A stretch of DNA of 64,000 bases, taken from an uncultured Fibrobacterota bacterium (GTDB lineage: Bacteria > Fibrobacterota > Chitinivibrionia > Chitinivibrionales > FEN-1185). The position numbers and the translations under genes were made by a program. The notes under the pieces are model-generated. The model worked only from the letters and a program-made list of their open reading frames with translations. It had not been told where the DNA came from and did no database searches. The stretch spans positions 25,639 through 89,638 of the forward strand of contig CAVSQB010000031.1 of assembly GCA_963729895.1 (NCBI GenBank). The letters are read 5' to 3'. Shown piece after piece: positions 48,933-58,678 of this stretch (the stretch's first letter is position 1; every line of letters begins with the position of its first letter).

Positions 48933-49304
48933 ATGAACCTCACGGACGTGATCAAAACGGCAATGGACCAGATCCAGTACATTGCCAAAACAGAAACCGT
49001 GATCGGCGAACCCATGCATGCCGGAAATGTCACCCTTATCCCCGTGTCAAAAATCTCGGTAGGATTCGCGGCAGGCGGCGCCGGCAACGAGAATAAGGCC
49101 GGTTCCGGCGCAGGGACAGGCGGCGGCATCAACATCACACCGATGGCGTTCATTACCATTGTGGACGACAAAGTACAGGTTCATCCAGTTTCGAAATCCG
49201 ATCCGGGCCTTGGAAAGATCCTTGCGCTGGCGCCCGACCTCATAAAAAAAGTGGCGCAGTTTATGGGAAAAGACAAGGGCGAGGACAAGGACGAGAAGAA
49301 ATAA
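48933..49304 (+). CDS. GerW/YtfJ-family protein
   Basis: TETVIGEP, LIPVSKISVGFAAGG, GGGINITPMAFI. Confidence 0.9.
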   Translation: MNLTDVIKTAMDQIQYIAKTETVIGEPMHAGNVTLIPVSKISVGFAAGGAGNENKAGSGAGTGGGINITPMAFITIVDDKVQVHPVSKSDPGLGKILALAPDLIKKVAQFMGKDKGEDKDEKK

Positions 49305-49324
49305 TTCCAACTGTTTTTCCTTTA

Positions 49325-49420
49325 GGATTGCCGAGCGGGTGCGGCAAGGAGCCACCATCTGCAAGCCCGAACTTCCCGCTGGGCGCACCCTACAAGCACC
49401 CGATGATGCAGAAGCTCAAC
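49325..49420 (-). repeat. Structured intergenic element, family A copy 4 (core only)
   Basis: Minus strand GTTGAGC..CGGGTG..TA-GGGTGCG-N40-CGCACCC-GCTCGGCAATCC. Confidence 0.75.
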
Positions 49421-49631
49421 CGGAACAAGGGCGTGTCCGCAGGACTCCCGCCAATCGTCATCTTAGAATCTTGATTCCCATCAAATCCATGAATGTCCGG
49501 ATGAAGCATGCTGCATTGTCCAGCCCGACAAAAGCCACCAGCCTTTGCAATGACCTTGGCCCCGTGACCATTGAACGCCCTTGCAAAAAAAACAATCATG
49601 TATTTTTTGTTGCAAGGAGACAAAAGTAACT

Positions 49632-51119
49632 ATGTATTCTCCAAACGATCCCAAATGCCTCTGGGTTTCCGCTTCCGACGAAGCCTCGGGAAACGGAACT
49701 TTTGGAAGGCCGTTCGGACGCATTGCCGCAGCTCTTTCGGTGGCGCAACCCGGACAAATCATCGTGCTTAAGGCCGGCACCTACAATGGCGACCTGACGA
49801 TTCAGGCATCCGGCAATTTCGAAAGACCGTTGCGCATTGTGGCTGATACGCAAGCCCGCGTGACGGTTTCGGGGGCTTGCTGGTATTTCTACGATGTGTG
49901 CGACCTTATTGTATCGGGCCTCACTTTTAAGGACTCCCCGCTCGGCGGAATCGCCGTAGTGGGGGCATGTGAGAGAAACAGGTTTGAAAATCTTTCATTC
50001 CTCAATTGCGGTTACGTCGAAAAAGCCTCCTGCACGCTCTTCTTCGGCGGATCGGGCGGGGCATGCAATATCGTCGAGTTTTGCAGCTTTGAGCGACTCC
50101 CTGCCCAAAACCGGAAGAAAGATCCGGACCTTATGACCGTCGGTCTCATGATATCGGAAGGCGATGCCCACGAAGGCAAACCGATCACCGATCATGTCAT
50201 CCGGAGGAACAGGTTTGTTAACTACGACTACGGCATTCTGGTGGGGGCAGAAGACGCCGCGCCAAGGCAATACGGCCACCTTGTTTGCTACAACACAATT
50301 GAAAGCTGCACAAACGAGGGGATCATGGTGAAATGCGGGGACACGCAGGTGAAAGGCAACGTAATAGCGCGTTGCCCGAACAACTCGATTTCCGTGGTGA
50401 CAGGTGAAGGCAGTATTGTGGAGGACAATCGAATCGTTGATTGCGGATTGGGAATACGCGTGGCAGGTAAAGGCCATACCGTTTCAAATAATTGTATAAT
50501 CAGGTGCGGCAACGAGGCGATCCGGGTAATGGAGAGAAACGGAACGTGGGGCATGTCCACGCAAAACATTATCGTAGAGCAGAATACTCTCGCAGGCTGG
50601 TCGCAAAACAGGCCGGACCCATTTCTTCCCGGCATCAACATTGAACGGCAAACATGTTCCGTCATAAAGCGGAACCTATTTCTGGGATCCGGGCAGGCAT
50701 ACCGTGTGGCAGGAAAGCATGACGCTCGAGATGGTCACTTGGTCCGGGACAATGCGTGGGCCGGAGCCGGAGCGGTCCCGGACGGCGTAACCGCAACCCG
50801 GGTGGATTTCGCGGCCGAAGCCATTGACAATTACGATAACCTGTCGGCCTACGGCGCCCACGGCTGGATGTGCAGGCGCGATCCTTTTGATCCGGATGCG
50901 GAACTGTGCGAGGAAGCGGCATTCGAAAGCGCCGAAGCTATCTCGTCCGGCGAGGATCACGCTCAGGCCGACATGAGCGATGAACCGGATGTAGGCGGCG
51001 TGCTCCAAAAGTACCTGTTCTTTGAGAATGAACAACCGTACGATTCCCTCCAAGATGCGCACCCATCTGATTCAGGCGATTGCGACGCCATTGATGAAAC
51101 CCAAGGACTGGATTCATGA
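49632..51119 (+). CDS. Right-handed parallel beta-helix protein with acidic C-terminal tail
   Basis: WVS..GNGTFGRPF..AQPGQIIVLKAGTY; repeated xVxxNxI rungs; no obvious signal peptide. Confidence 0.78.
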   Translation: MYSPNDPKCLWVSASDEASGNGTFGRPFGRIAAALSVAQPGQIIVLKAGTYNGDLTIQASGNFERPLRIVADTQARVTVSGACWYFYDVCDLIVSGLTFKDSPLGGIAVVGACERNRFENLSFLNCGYVEKASCTLFFGGSGGACNIVEFCSFERLPAQNRKKDPDLMTVGLMISEGDAHEGKPITDHVIRRNRFVNYDYGILVGAEDAAPRQYGHLVCYNTIESCTNEGIMVKCGDTQVKGNVIARCPNNSISVVTGEGSIVEDNRIVDCGLGIRVAGKGHTVSNNCIIRCGNEAIRVMERNGTWGMSTQNIIVEQNTLAGWSQNRPDPFLPGINIERQTCSVIKRNLFLGSGQAYRVAGKHDARDGHLVRDNAWAGAGAVPDGVTATRVDFAAEAIDNYDNLSAYGAHGWMCRRDPFDPDAELCEEAAFESAEAISSGEDHAQADMSDEPDVGGVLQKYLFFENEQPYDSLQDAHPSDSGDCDAIDETQGLDS

Positions 51120-51476
51120 CATTGAAACTCCGGCAGACTGCATCCAGCCCAATTGTAAATGAACTGCCCCGGCGCAAGCTTCGAGGAATTTAACCCATGG
51201 CGATTAAACAAAAATTACTTCAATTGAATAAATAATACAAATATCTAAGTAATGGCACATGTTGCTGATTGGGTACATCCCATTATCAATCTATTCAATG
51301 CAGTTGCTTATAATTTGCCTCTTCTTCAATCTATAGCCGGTCACAGTCAATCCCGACAAACTCTCTCCAAAACAGTCATTGAACACTAATTGATTTAAGA
51401 ATTATTTTACATCACTATCTTGCTCAACATCAATTACTTACAAGTTCAATGGTTTCATTTGAGAATTACTATTTGC

Positions 51477-51505
51477 TTGACGGATGAAATGCCCATATAT
51501 ATATT
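51477..51505 (+). promoter_or_regulatory. Sigma70-type promoter for the GH106-like gene
   Basis: TTGACG-17 nt-TATATT within an AT-rich intergenic region. Confidence 0.6.
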
Positions 51506-51554
51506 GAGAAGTTCATTATAGCAAGACTCATCCACCGTCTTCAGGAGAGCAATT

Positions 51555-54500
51555 TTGAAAAATACTCCAAAACAGAAAACCCGGGCCCCAAACGCGGGAA
51601 GCACAAAACCGACGGTTCAACCCGCTTCCCTGCCAAGGGAACTCAAACCGTGGGTAATATGGATGTGGAACCTCCGCATCACAAGGGAAGAAATCTCAAA
51701 CCAACTCGACTCTCTTGTCAGAATGGGGTTTGGCGGTGTCGCGATAAAGGCCGGAAGGGAAATGACTCCCGCATTTCTCTCCGAGGAATTCTTCGATCTC
51801 TTCCATTTCGTCCTCCAAACCGCGCAAAAAGCCAAAATAGGGATTAGGCTTGCTGAAGATTTTTCAATCTCCTGGAATGGCGCCTTCGGCGGCATCGCGA
51901 GCAAAAACAGGCTGCTGCGTGCACAATGTCTGGCTTTGGAATACTCCGAGCTTATCCAGAGCAAAGCTCTTTTCGAAAAGAAAATCGAAGACCCTTCCAC
52001 CGCCATCGTGCAAATCGGCAAAGTCGAAAACGACATGATCATTATTTCAAAGACAAAGACCGTCTCTGTTCCGCCGGACAAGAGCCTGCTTTCATGGAAA
52101 GCTCCAGCCGGTTTGTGGCAGGTGATGATATTCAGAAGGAAATTTGTGACCGACCCTGCGTGCAATTTTGTTCCAAACGTGTTCAGAGAACAAACCGCCC
52201 GCACCTACACAGAAGTTGTGTGGGACTCGTTCAAGGGAAGATTCTCCAAATTTATGCCCTCCACGTTCGAAGGATTCATCAGCGAGGTTCCCGCCTGTCT
52301 TCCCGCAGACAACTCCATTCCGTGGGATGACGATCTTATCGTCAAATACAGGTCAAAATACAAGAAGAATCTTATCCCGCTTCTTCCGAGCCTGTTCTTC
52401 AACACGGAAGCCCAGCAGGCGAAGAACAGGCCCCACATTTATTCCTTTATCATGCAGTCGCTTCACGAACGATTCACTCTCACTCTTGACAAGTGGTGCA
52501 GGAAATACCGGCTTTCCAACTGGATCCTGAGCGCAGAACGGCCCCTGCAAAAGTCCGCGAATATGCTTCGTGATTGTCTGGCCATTCCGCACCAGAATTT
52601 CGCTTCCGTGGGTCTTCAGAACCAGGAAGGGAGCGAGGAAAATGCCGCCATCATGCGCGCCATGGCTGATGCTAATGCCAAGGAATTCAGGCGTGAAACC
52701 ATCACGGTAATCGGGCGAAACCGTCAGGGGAATGCGGCATCGCTCCAGAGCCTCAAGAGCGAGATAGACCAGGCGGCGATCGCGGGGCCCTCGCGTATTA
52801 TCATAGATGGATGCTTTTTCTCCGTCGACCACAGAAGTTATCTCAAGACGCCCTCCAACCTGTCGTGGTTCTCACCCGCCGCCGACAGCGCCTATGCATT
52901 GTGCGACTACGCGGCGCGAGTGCGCAAATTGGTTGCCCCACTCCAGCTGTCGCGCCAGGTGGCGATCCTTATGCCGTCCGAATCCATCATGGCCGACTAC
53001 CTGCCGAGCAATGATGAGGCGGTTCGCAAGGGAATGCTCGCTCTTCAAAAGAGCATGGACGAATTAACGCATCTCAATCTCGACTTCGATATAATCAGCG
53101 AAGAACAATTGCTGTCGTGCTCGCTGTTTTCAAACGGCGAATTCAACACGCCCAGCAAGGTGAGAAAGGGCAATTACCAGGCGCTCATCCTGCCCTATGC
53201 ACGGCTCGTCTCAAAAAACCTGTTTGTCTACCTCGAAAAAATGGCGGCCAGGAAATCAACCGTTGTTTTTATCGACGAGGCGCCGCAGGGCGCCATCGAC
53301 GACGGCATAACCCCGTCCTTTACTGCGCGCGTCACAAAGCTCGTGCATTCCAGATCGGGCAAGGTGTATGTCTCGCCTGCCAAGGACCTCGAAAGTATGC
53401 TCGCGCATATCAAGTCAGCCGTGTCGGTCACCGTTCAAGGCAAGAAATGCCCGGACATCGTTGCAACTGCAGGAAGCGCAGGAAGCCAGACCGTGTACTT
53501 CCTGCAGAACAAATCCGATTCGCAGGACTACTTTGCCACCATGGAAACCCGGGAAGAAAAGTACTTCTATTGCGTTGATGGTTGCACCGGCGAGACGCAC
53601 GAGATACTTGACGTTCAGAGAAAAGACGACCAGTGCAGGATCAACCTCAATTTTTCACCCAGGCAAACCTATCACCTAGTGGCAACATCCCAGAAGATGC
53701 CTGTTACCCAGCTTGCAAAAGGTAAGCATGCCGACATCAATGTGATCGGCACGGTGCAGCGAAACTATCGCATCGTCCTCAAAGATCAATGGCAGTTTTC
53801 AGCCTCGTCGCTTAATGCGCTGCCGCTTGCCACCTGGAATACGCGGATCGGCCTGTCCAGGGAATCGGGCGGCTACTCGCATTTTTACGAGACCTATTTC
53901 GAGGTGAAGGAGCTGCCGCCCGTGTGCGTGTTTTCTCTGCGCGGCGTGGGCGAGCGGTGTTCCGATCTTGCGATAGGAGAAAAATTAGTAGAGGTAAACA
54001 TGAACGGCACTCGCATCAACGAGCTGGGAACAATCGATGCCGCGGGCATTCTGTCGCTGTTCCCGTCACCCGCGCCCGCGCCGCTGCCGCTCCCGCTCCC
54101 GGGCCATACCGTGCCGGCGCCCGAGCGGAACACCCGCAAGCCGTGCCTCGGCTTCTATTGCAAAAACGTCCCCTGCTTCAACATTAAAGATACCCTGCGC
54201 AAAGGCCTCAACCGGATTTCCATCAGGACTATGGGGCTCGTGTTCGACCCGATGACCATCACCTATCCTCCGATCATCGCGGGCGCCTTCAACATTATCA
54301 AGGGGTCGAGCGGCTGGGTAATTGACACCCAAGAACAGATGATGGGCCACGACTCATGGACAAAATACGGTTATCCCTACTTGAGCGGGTGCGGCACCTA
54401 TCGGCAGGTGTTTGAGATTCCCAGCGATTATAACCGGCTCGTGCTCAAATTTTCGCAGGTGTCCGGTCCGGTTTCGATTTCGCTCAACGGAGCAAAGGTC

Positions 54501-54662
54501 GGCTCGTTCATGTGGCAACCCATTGAGATGGACGTCACCGAAGCATGCTCGTCAAAGCGCAACGAACTTGCGGTAACTGTGGTAAACACCATCGATAATG
54601 TCATGAGAATGAACGGAAGGCCTTCCGGCATTACCGGCGAAGCGTACCTCGACGTTTACTGA
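51555..54662 (+). CDS. Large GH106-like (alpha-L-rhamnosidase-like) glycoside hydrolase fold protein
   Basis: PWVIWMWN..EISNQL..GFGG, FLSEEFF, C-terminal SWTKYGYPYLSG..LNG..NELAVTVVNT; TTG start after CAGGAG. Confidence 0.75.
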   Translation: MKNTPKQKTRAPNAGSTKPTVQPASLPRELKPWVIWMWNLRITREEISNQLDSLVRMGFGGVAIKAGREMTPAFLSEEFFDLFHFVLQTAQKAKIGIRLAEDFSISWNGAFGGIASKNRLLRAQCLALEYSELIQSKALFEKKIEDPSTAIVQIGKVENDMIIISKTKTVSVPPDKSLLSWKAPAGLWQVMIFRRKFVTDPACNFVPNVFREQTARTYTEVVWDSFKGRFSKFMPSTFEGFISEVPACLPADNSIPWDDDLIVKYRSKYKKNLIPLLPSLFFNTEAQQAKNRPHIYSFIMQSLHERFTLTLDKWCRKYRLSNWILSAERPLQKSANMLRDCLAIPHQNFASVGLQNQEGSEENAAIMRAMADANAKEFRRETITVIGRNRQGNAASLQSLKSEIDQAAIAGPSRIIIDGCFFSVDHRSYLKTPSNLSWFSPAADSAYALCDYAARVRKLVAPLQLSRQVAILMPSESIMADYLPSNDEAVRKGMLALQKSMDELTHLNLDFDIISEEQLLSCSLFSNGEFNTPSKVRKGNYQALILPYARLVSKNLFVYLEKMAARKSTVVFIDEAPQGAIDDGITPSFTARVTKLVHSRSGKVYVSPAKDLESMLAHIKSAVSVTVQGKKCPDIVATAGSAGSQTVYFLQNKSDSQDYFATMETREEKYFYCVDGCTGETHEILDVQRKDDQCRINLNFSPRQTYHLVATSQKMPVTQLAKGKHADINVIGTVQRNYRIVLKDQWQFSASSLNALPLATWNTRIGLSRESGGYSHFYETYFEVKELPPVCVFSLRGVGERCSDLAIGEKLVEVNMNGTRINELGTIDAAGILSLFPSPAPAPLPLPLPGHTVPAPERNTRKPCLGFYCKNVPCFNIKDTLRKGLNRISIRTMGLVFDPMTITYPPIIAGAFNIIKGSSGWVIDTQEQMMGHDSWTKYGYPYLSGCGTYRQVFEIPSDYNRLVLKFSQVSGPVSISLNGAKVGSFMWQPIEMDVTEACSSKRNELAVTVVNTIDNVMRMNGRPSGITGEAYLDVY

Positions 54663-54670
54663 AAAGAAGT

Positions 54671-54711
54671 GGGCGGATCGTCCGGCGCTGGCCGGGTTGA
54701 TCCGCCCTTTT
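54671..54711 (+). terminator. Probable Rho-independent terminator
   Basis: GGGCGGATC..GATCCGCCC-TTTT directly after the stop at 54662. Confidence 0.65.
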
Positions 54712-54766
54712 GCAAACCGAACAGTGTATAGTGCACTTTGTTTTGGTTGTTGATTCGGAGTTTCCA

Positions 54767-55081
54767 ATGGCGCTTCTTACCTACAGGTTCGGCGAGAAAA
54801 TCTTTCTCGGCAACGCCGACGGCATGAGCTTAGTTGTTGACAAATTGTTTGAAAACGAGGCTGCCGGGACTATAGCGTTCGACTTGGAGAACGTCAAGCT
54901 GTGCGATTCATACGGCCTCAAGTTCCTCATCAACTACCAGCGAAAAGCAAACACCCTCGGCAGAAAACTCCTCCTCTATCGCCCCGACGCATTCCTTAAG
55001 GAAATGTTCGACAATACCAAGCTCTCCCATTTCTTCACCATTGTCGATACCCTTGACAGCGCCAAGCAGGCAACTACCTAG
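54767..55081 (+). CDS. STAS-domain anti-sigma factor antagonist
   Basis: AFDLENVKLCDSYGL with the phospho-acceptor DS motif; 104 aa. Confidence 0.85.
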   Translation: MALLTYRFGEKIFLGNADGMSLVVDKLFENEAAGTIAFDLENVKLCDSYGLKFLINYQRKANTLGRKLLLYRPDAFLKEMFDNTKLSHFFTIVDTLDSAKQATT

Positions 55082-55274
55082 CGTCCGGCGGAACCGAAGA
55101 GTTTTGCTGCGCGCCCGATTCTCTCACCCGAAATTGCCGAAATGAACTAAATTTTAGGATATGAAATCTCTTCCTGACTCATTTCAGCCAACTGATGTGG
55201 AGAACCCGCCATCCAACGCGGTGCGGTCAAGCGGCCGCATCGCACCGGACGTTACGCCGGCATAGCGGTGCACC

Positions 55275-56399
55275 ATGACAAAAGACAATCTCCGTTTCCG
55301 AACAAGCCTTCATTCCCGCATCACGTCACCGCCGCCCGTTACCGATCTCCTCGACGCCCTCCGGCGGCCGACGGCAAGGAAACTATTCGCCTCCTGCAAG
55401 AAGCTCGCTCTTGAAACAAAAGCGCGTTTGCAAAACAAAATCTTCTATTGCAACGCGCTCCAGGGCATGTCTACCTACAACATCAGCGTGAATTGCGATA
55501 TGACCGTATCATGCAATTGTCAAGACGATTACGGAGAAGGAATTCTTGGAGACCTGTCACGCACTTCTTTTTCCGATATCTTTGGCGGGCCGGCGGCAAA
55601 CGCTATCCGGGCGAAATTAGCCGAGGGTATCCTGCCTTTGAGGACCTGCAGCCGGTGTTTTGAATTGCGCACTGTAACCAAAGCCCAGGCGCCGCACGCA
55701 CGTGGCCGCCGCGCCGCGCCCCAGGGAATCATGGTTGAAAACACTTCCGAATGCAACCTGCACTGCGTCGCCTGCAACCGGACGAGTATTGCGGCGGACC
55801 GACGGACGCGGAGAATGTCCATGGACGACATACGAATCGTTTCATCGACGATCCGGGACAACGGCATTAAGCGAATCCACTTCTTCAAATACGGCGAGCC
55901 GTTCCTTTCACCCACGGTGTACGAGGAACTCAAAATAATCAAGGAGCAAAACCCGGAGGTAATCATCGTTATCTCCACAAACGGCGCTGCAATCAACACC
56001 CGGGAACGCCGCGACGCGGCATTGCTTGCCGACCATATTTACTTCTCAATAGACGGCGTTTCTGACGAAACTCTGACCCGCTACCAGCGAGGCGGATCGT
56101 TTGCCAAGGCATTTGGGAACATGAGAGAAGTGATCCGGCTCCGCAACGCCAGGGGACAAAAGCTGCCCTTTGTGGAGTGGAAATACGTACTGTTCAACTG
56201 GAACGACAGGCCCCACATGCTTGCCGCGGCCAAGGCCCTTGCAAAGGAGGCGGGCGTTGACGTCATTTCCTTCTGCCCCACAAACGCGCCGTACTACGGA
56301 AAATCATGGAGGTTCTACGTGTCGCCATTCTTCAAAAAGGAAACGGTGAAGCGGTGGAACGTGCGGGAGATACGTTTCTCGGAAACGGAGAGGGTTTGA
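55275..56399 (+). CDS. Radical SAM protein with N-terminal SPASM/twitch-like domain
   Basis: C..ISVNCDMTVSCNCQD..ILGDL..CSRC precedes CNLHCVAC, YGEPFL, STNG, SIDG. Confidence 0.85.
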   Translation: MTKDNLRFRTSLHSRITSPPPVTDLLDALRRPTARKLFASCKKLALETKARLQNKIFYCNALQGMSTYNISVNCDMTVSCNCQDDYGEGILGDLSRTSFSDIFGGPAANAIRAKLAEGILPLRTCSRCFELRTVTKAQAPHARGRRAAPQGIMVENTSECNLHCVACNRTSIAADRRTRRMSMDDIRIVSSTIRDNGIKRIHFFKYGEPFLSPTVYEELKIIKEQNPEVIIVISTNGAAINTRERRDAALLADHIYFSIDGVSDETLTRYQRGGSFAKAFGNMREVIRLRNARGQKLPFVEWKYVLFNWNDRPHMLAAAKALAKEAGVDVISFCPTNAPYYGKSWRFYVSPFFKKETVKRWNVREIRFSETERV

Positions 56400-56485
56400 T
56401 GATGTGCGCCGGGCCCCGGCGACGTCTTAGCACGGGTTTCCGCTTGAAACCATTCTTGATCAGGGGATGGCGGAATACCGATTTG

Positions 56486-57352
56486 TCATACGTTCTGGAA
56501 GCTGCAAAAGAAAAGCCGCTTGATAAAACGCGGAATCGCACCCAGCCAACCCTGGGGGCCGATGATCTTCATGACCTCAGCGTGATTATGGACGTAATCG
56601 AGAAACCATTTCGACCGCTTGTCCACCCGGCTTCCGCCCGAAGCGACTTCCTGGTGGATCACGATTGCGTCGCCTAGATATCTCCCCAGCTTTCCCTGCT
56701 TTGCAAGGCGCAGTCCGTATTCAACCTCGAACAAATAACCGTTGCCGATGATATTCGGGCTGAACCCGCCGAACTCGATAAACGGCCTTCGCCGCACCGC
56801 CATGTTGCAGCCGCGCGCGCTGTTGATGCGGCAGGTGCCGGGCAGGTCGAAATTGCCGAAGAACAGGCCCAGGCCGTTGAACCAGCTCACAATCCTGCCG
56901 TTGATCTTCTTGTCCCTAGTAAGAAATAAACCGAAAAACGATTCGACGAGGATCCGAACCAGCTGCGAAAAAGCGGATATCCCTTTTGACAAGCGAACTT
57001 CCCTGCCGCCGGTGTAGACGAGATCGGGATCGTTTGCAAACGCGGCCACATGCGACTCCAGCCAGCCATGGCAGGGACCCGAGTCGTCGTCGAGGATCAG
57101 TATGATGTCCGCACCGGAACTCTTAATGCACGTTGTCATGGTAATGGTGGAGCTGGGTAAAGGCATTCTCTGGATACGCAAATTCGGATCTTTGGAGAAT
57201 TCGGGCGGAAGATCCACCCCCGGCATCTCGCCCTGAAGGCCGAGACAGATTTTAACCGTAGGATACAGTTGACGGATTTTTGCCACGGTTGTCCGCAAAG
57301 TGGACAAGCGGTTGTAGCTTGGAATCACTATTTCACAAGACAATTCGGCCAT
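56486..57352 (-). CDS. Glycosyltransferase family 2
   Basis: IVIPSYNR, ILILDDD, GCNMAVRR..GGF. Confidence 0.9.
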   Translation of the reverse strand: MAELSCEIVIPSYNRLSTLRTTVAKIRQLYPTVKICLGLQGEMPGVDLPPEFSKDPNLRIQRMPLPSSTITMTTCIKSSGADIILILDDDSGPCHGWLESHVAAFANDPDLVYTGGREVRLSKGISAFSQLVRILVESFFGLFLTRDKKINGRIVSWFNGLGLFFGNFDLPGTCRINSARGCNMAVRRRPFIEFGGFSPNIIGNGYLFEVEYGLRLAKQGKLGRYLGDAIVIHQEVASGGSRVDKRSKWFLDYVHNHAEVMKIIGPQGWLGAIPRFIKRLFFCSFQNV

Positions 57353-57917
57353 TCTCGCGACGCTCCCCGCTGTTGTGTATTTTTAGACCTACAATATATC
57401 TTATACCTGTCCCAACTGGAAACTGAACCGTCGTTGTCGCCGCCAGGCGGTGGGGAATGAAAGCGCTTTCGTTTGTTCTTGTTCTGCCTTTTTGGATTTC
57501 GTCCGGAGCGGCGGTAGATACCCTTGCCGGACGGAATGCCCCGCCAGGGCATTTCGACGCGCGAGGCGCGCTCTCATAACGATACCATGACATCCAACAC
57601 AATGCTGCGGCACGCCCGTTTCTTCTATTGCCCCTCCTGCGGAAGATGTCCCGTTGAGGCGTTGATGCACAACGCCATGCGCTGCCCCTCATGCGGCTTT
57701 GTTTACTTCCACAACTGTGCATCGTGCGTTGCAGCAATCATAACCGTGAAACAGGGTATCGTGCTTACCGTGCGCAACCGCGCGCCGAAGAAGGGCCTGC
57801 TCGACCTTCCCGGCGGGTTCTGCAATTACGGAGAGTCGCTGGAAGATGCGCTGGTGAGGGAAGTGAGGGAGGAACTCAACCTTGAGCTATCGGACCTTTC
57901 TTATTTCGGCTCATTTC

Positions 57918-58463
57918 GTAAAAGACCGCCGACAGGAGTCGGCGGCATTATTCCAGGCCAAGATCCAGCTGGATAGCGCCACAATCTTCACGTCCTTGGT
58001 GTTCAACGTAGCTTATGATCGTTCTCTCGTCAAGTCCTATGGTTGAAACACAGTACCCGCGCGACCAGATTCCGCCGCCGCGTATCGCCTTCCCTATGCT
58101 TGGAAATCGCTCCGGCAGTAATTTCCCCGTCCGCGATTTCACGAACTGCACTACGCTTGCGACAGATATCCGCGGCGGAATCATTACCACCATGTGTACA
58201 TGGTCCAGCTGGACATTGGCCCGGATTACCTCGATATCGTCGTCCATCCCATCAAGATGCTTCAGTACCTTTTCCAAATATTCTTTCACCCCTGTCACGA
58301 ATATCCGACGACGATATCGAGGAGTCAAGACGATGTGGTATTCTGTTCTGTATACGCAATGGGTGCCCTTCCGAAATCTCATTTACTCAAAATACGTTGT
58401 TGTCCACATCGTCTTGACAGCCCATCCATCCCCAGACTGGAGTCTGGGGGTTTATTGGGCAGA
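57918..58463 (-). mobile_element. IS200/IS605-family element, tnpA-only (546 bp)
   Basis: Subterminal hairpins CCCCAGAC-TCCA-GTCTGGGG (LE) and CCGCCGAC-TCCT-GTCGGCGG (RE); no TSD; inserted 3' of TTAG; ends in TTAC. Confidence 0.92.
57948..58382 (-). CDS. tnpA: IS200-family Y1 HUH transposase
   Basis: YHIVLTPRYRR, DHVHM (HUH), KSRTG, WSRGY, YVEHQ (YxxxQ). Confidence 0.95.
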   Translation of the reverse strand: MRFRKGTHCVYRTEYHIVLTPRYRRRIFVTGVKEYLEKVLKHLDGMDDDIEVIRANVQLDHVHMVVMIPPRISVASVVQFVKSRTGKLLPERFPSIGKAIRGGGIWSRGYCVSTIGLDERTIISYVEHQGREDCGAIQLDLGLE

Positions 58464-58678
58464 CTAATGTCTATCGCTACAAGAGCGTCACGTACTTTAC
58501 AACCGACGGCATATTCCTGTGTAAGGCGCAAAACCTTCCGGCCGCTGCACCGAGCGACGAAATCGCCGGCATCCGCGTGGTCGGTCCGGCCCTTATCGAC
58601 TTTTCACGCATTGGTTTCCCCTCGACGCGCGCCGCGCTCACGCGCTACCTAGCGCGCTGCCGCACAGGGGCGCCGGCG

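Noticed and set aside
51120..51550. AT-rich 430-nt region as a possible replication origin
   Set aside because: No clustered DnaA boxes and no dnaA/dnaN context; a sigma70-like promoter accounts for part of it.
55211..55257. attC-like hairpin ATCCAAC..CGGTGCG..CGCACCG..GTTACGC
   Set aside because: The R'' and R' boxes are not complementary beyond AAC/GTT, it is single, and no integron integrase or cassette array is present. It shares a 7-mer arm with family A copy 2 but has a 15-nt spacer and none of the flanking motifs.
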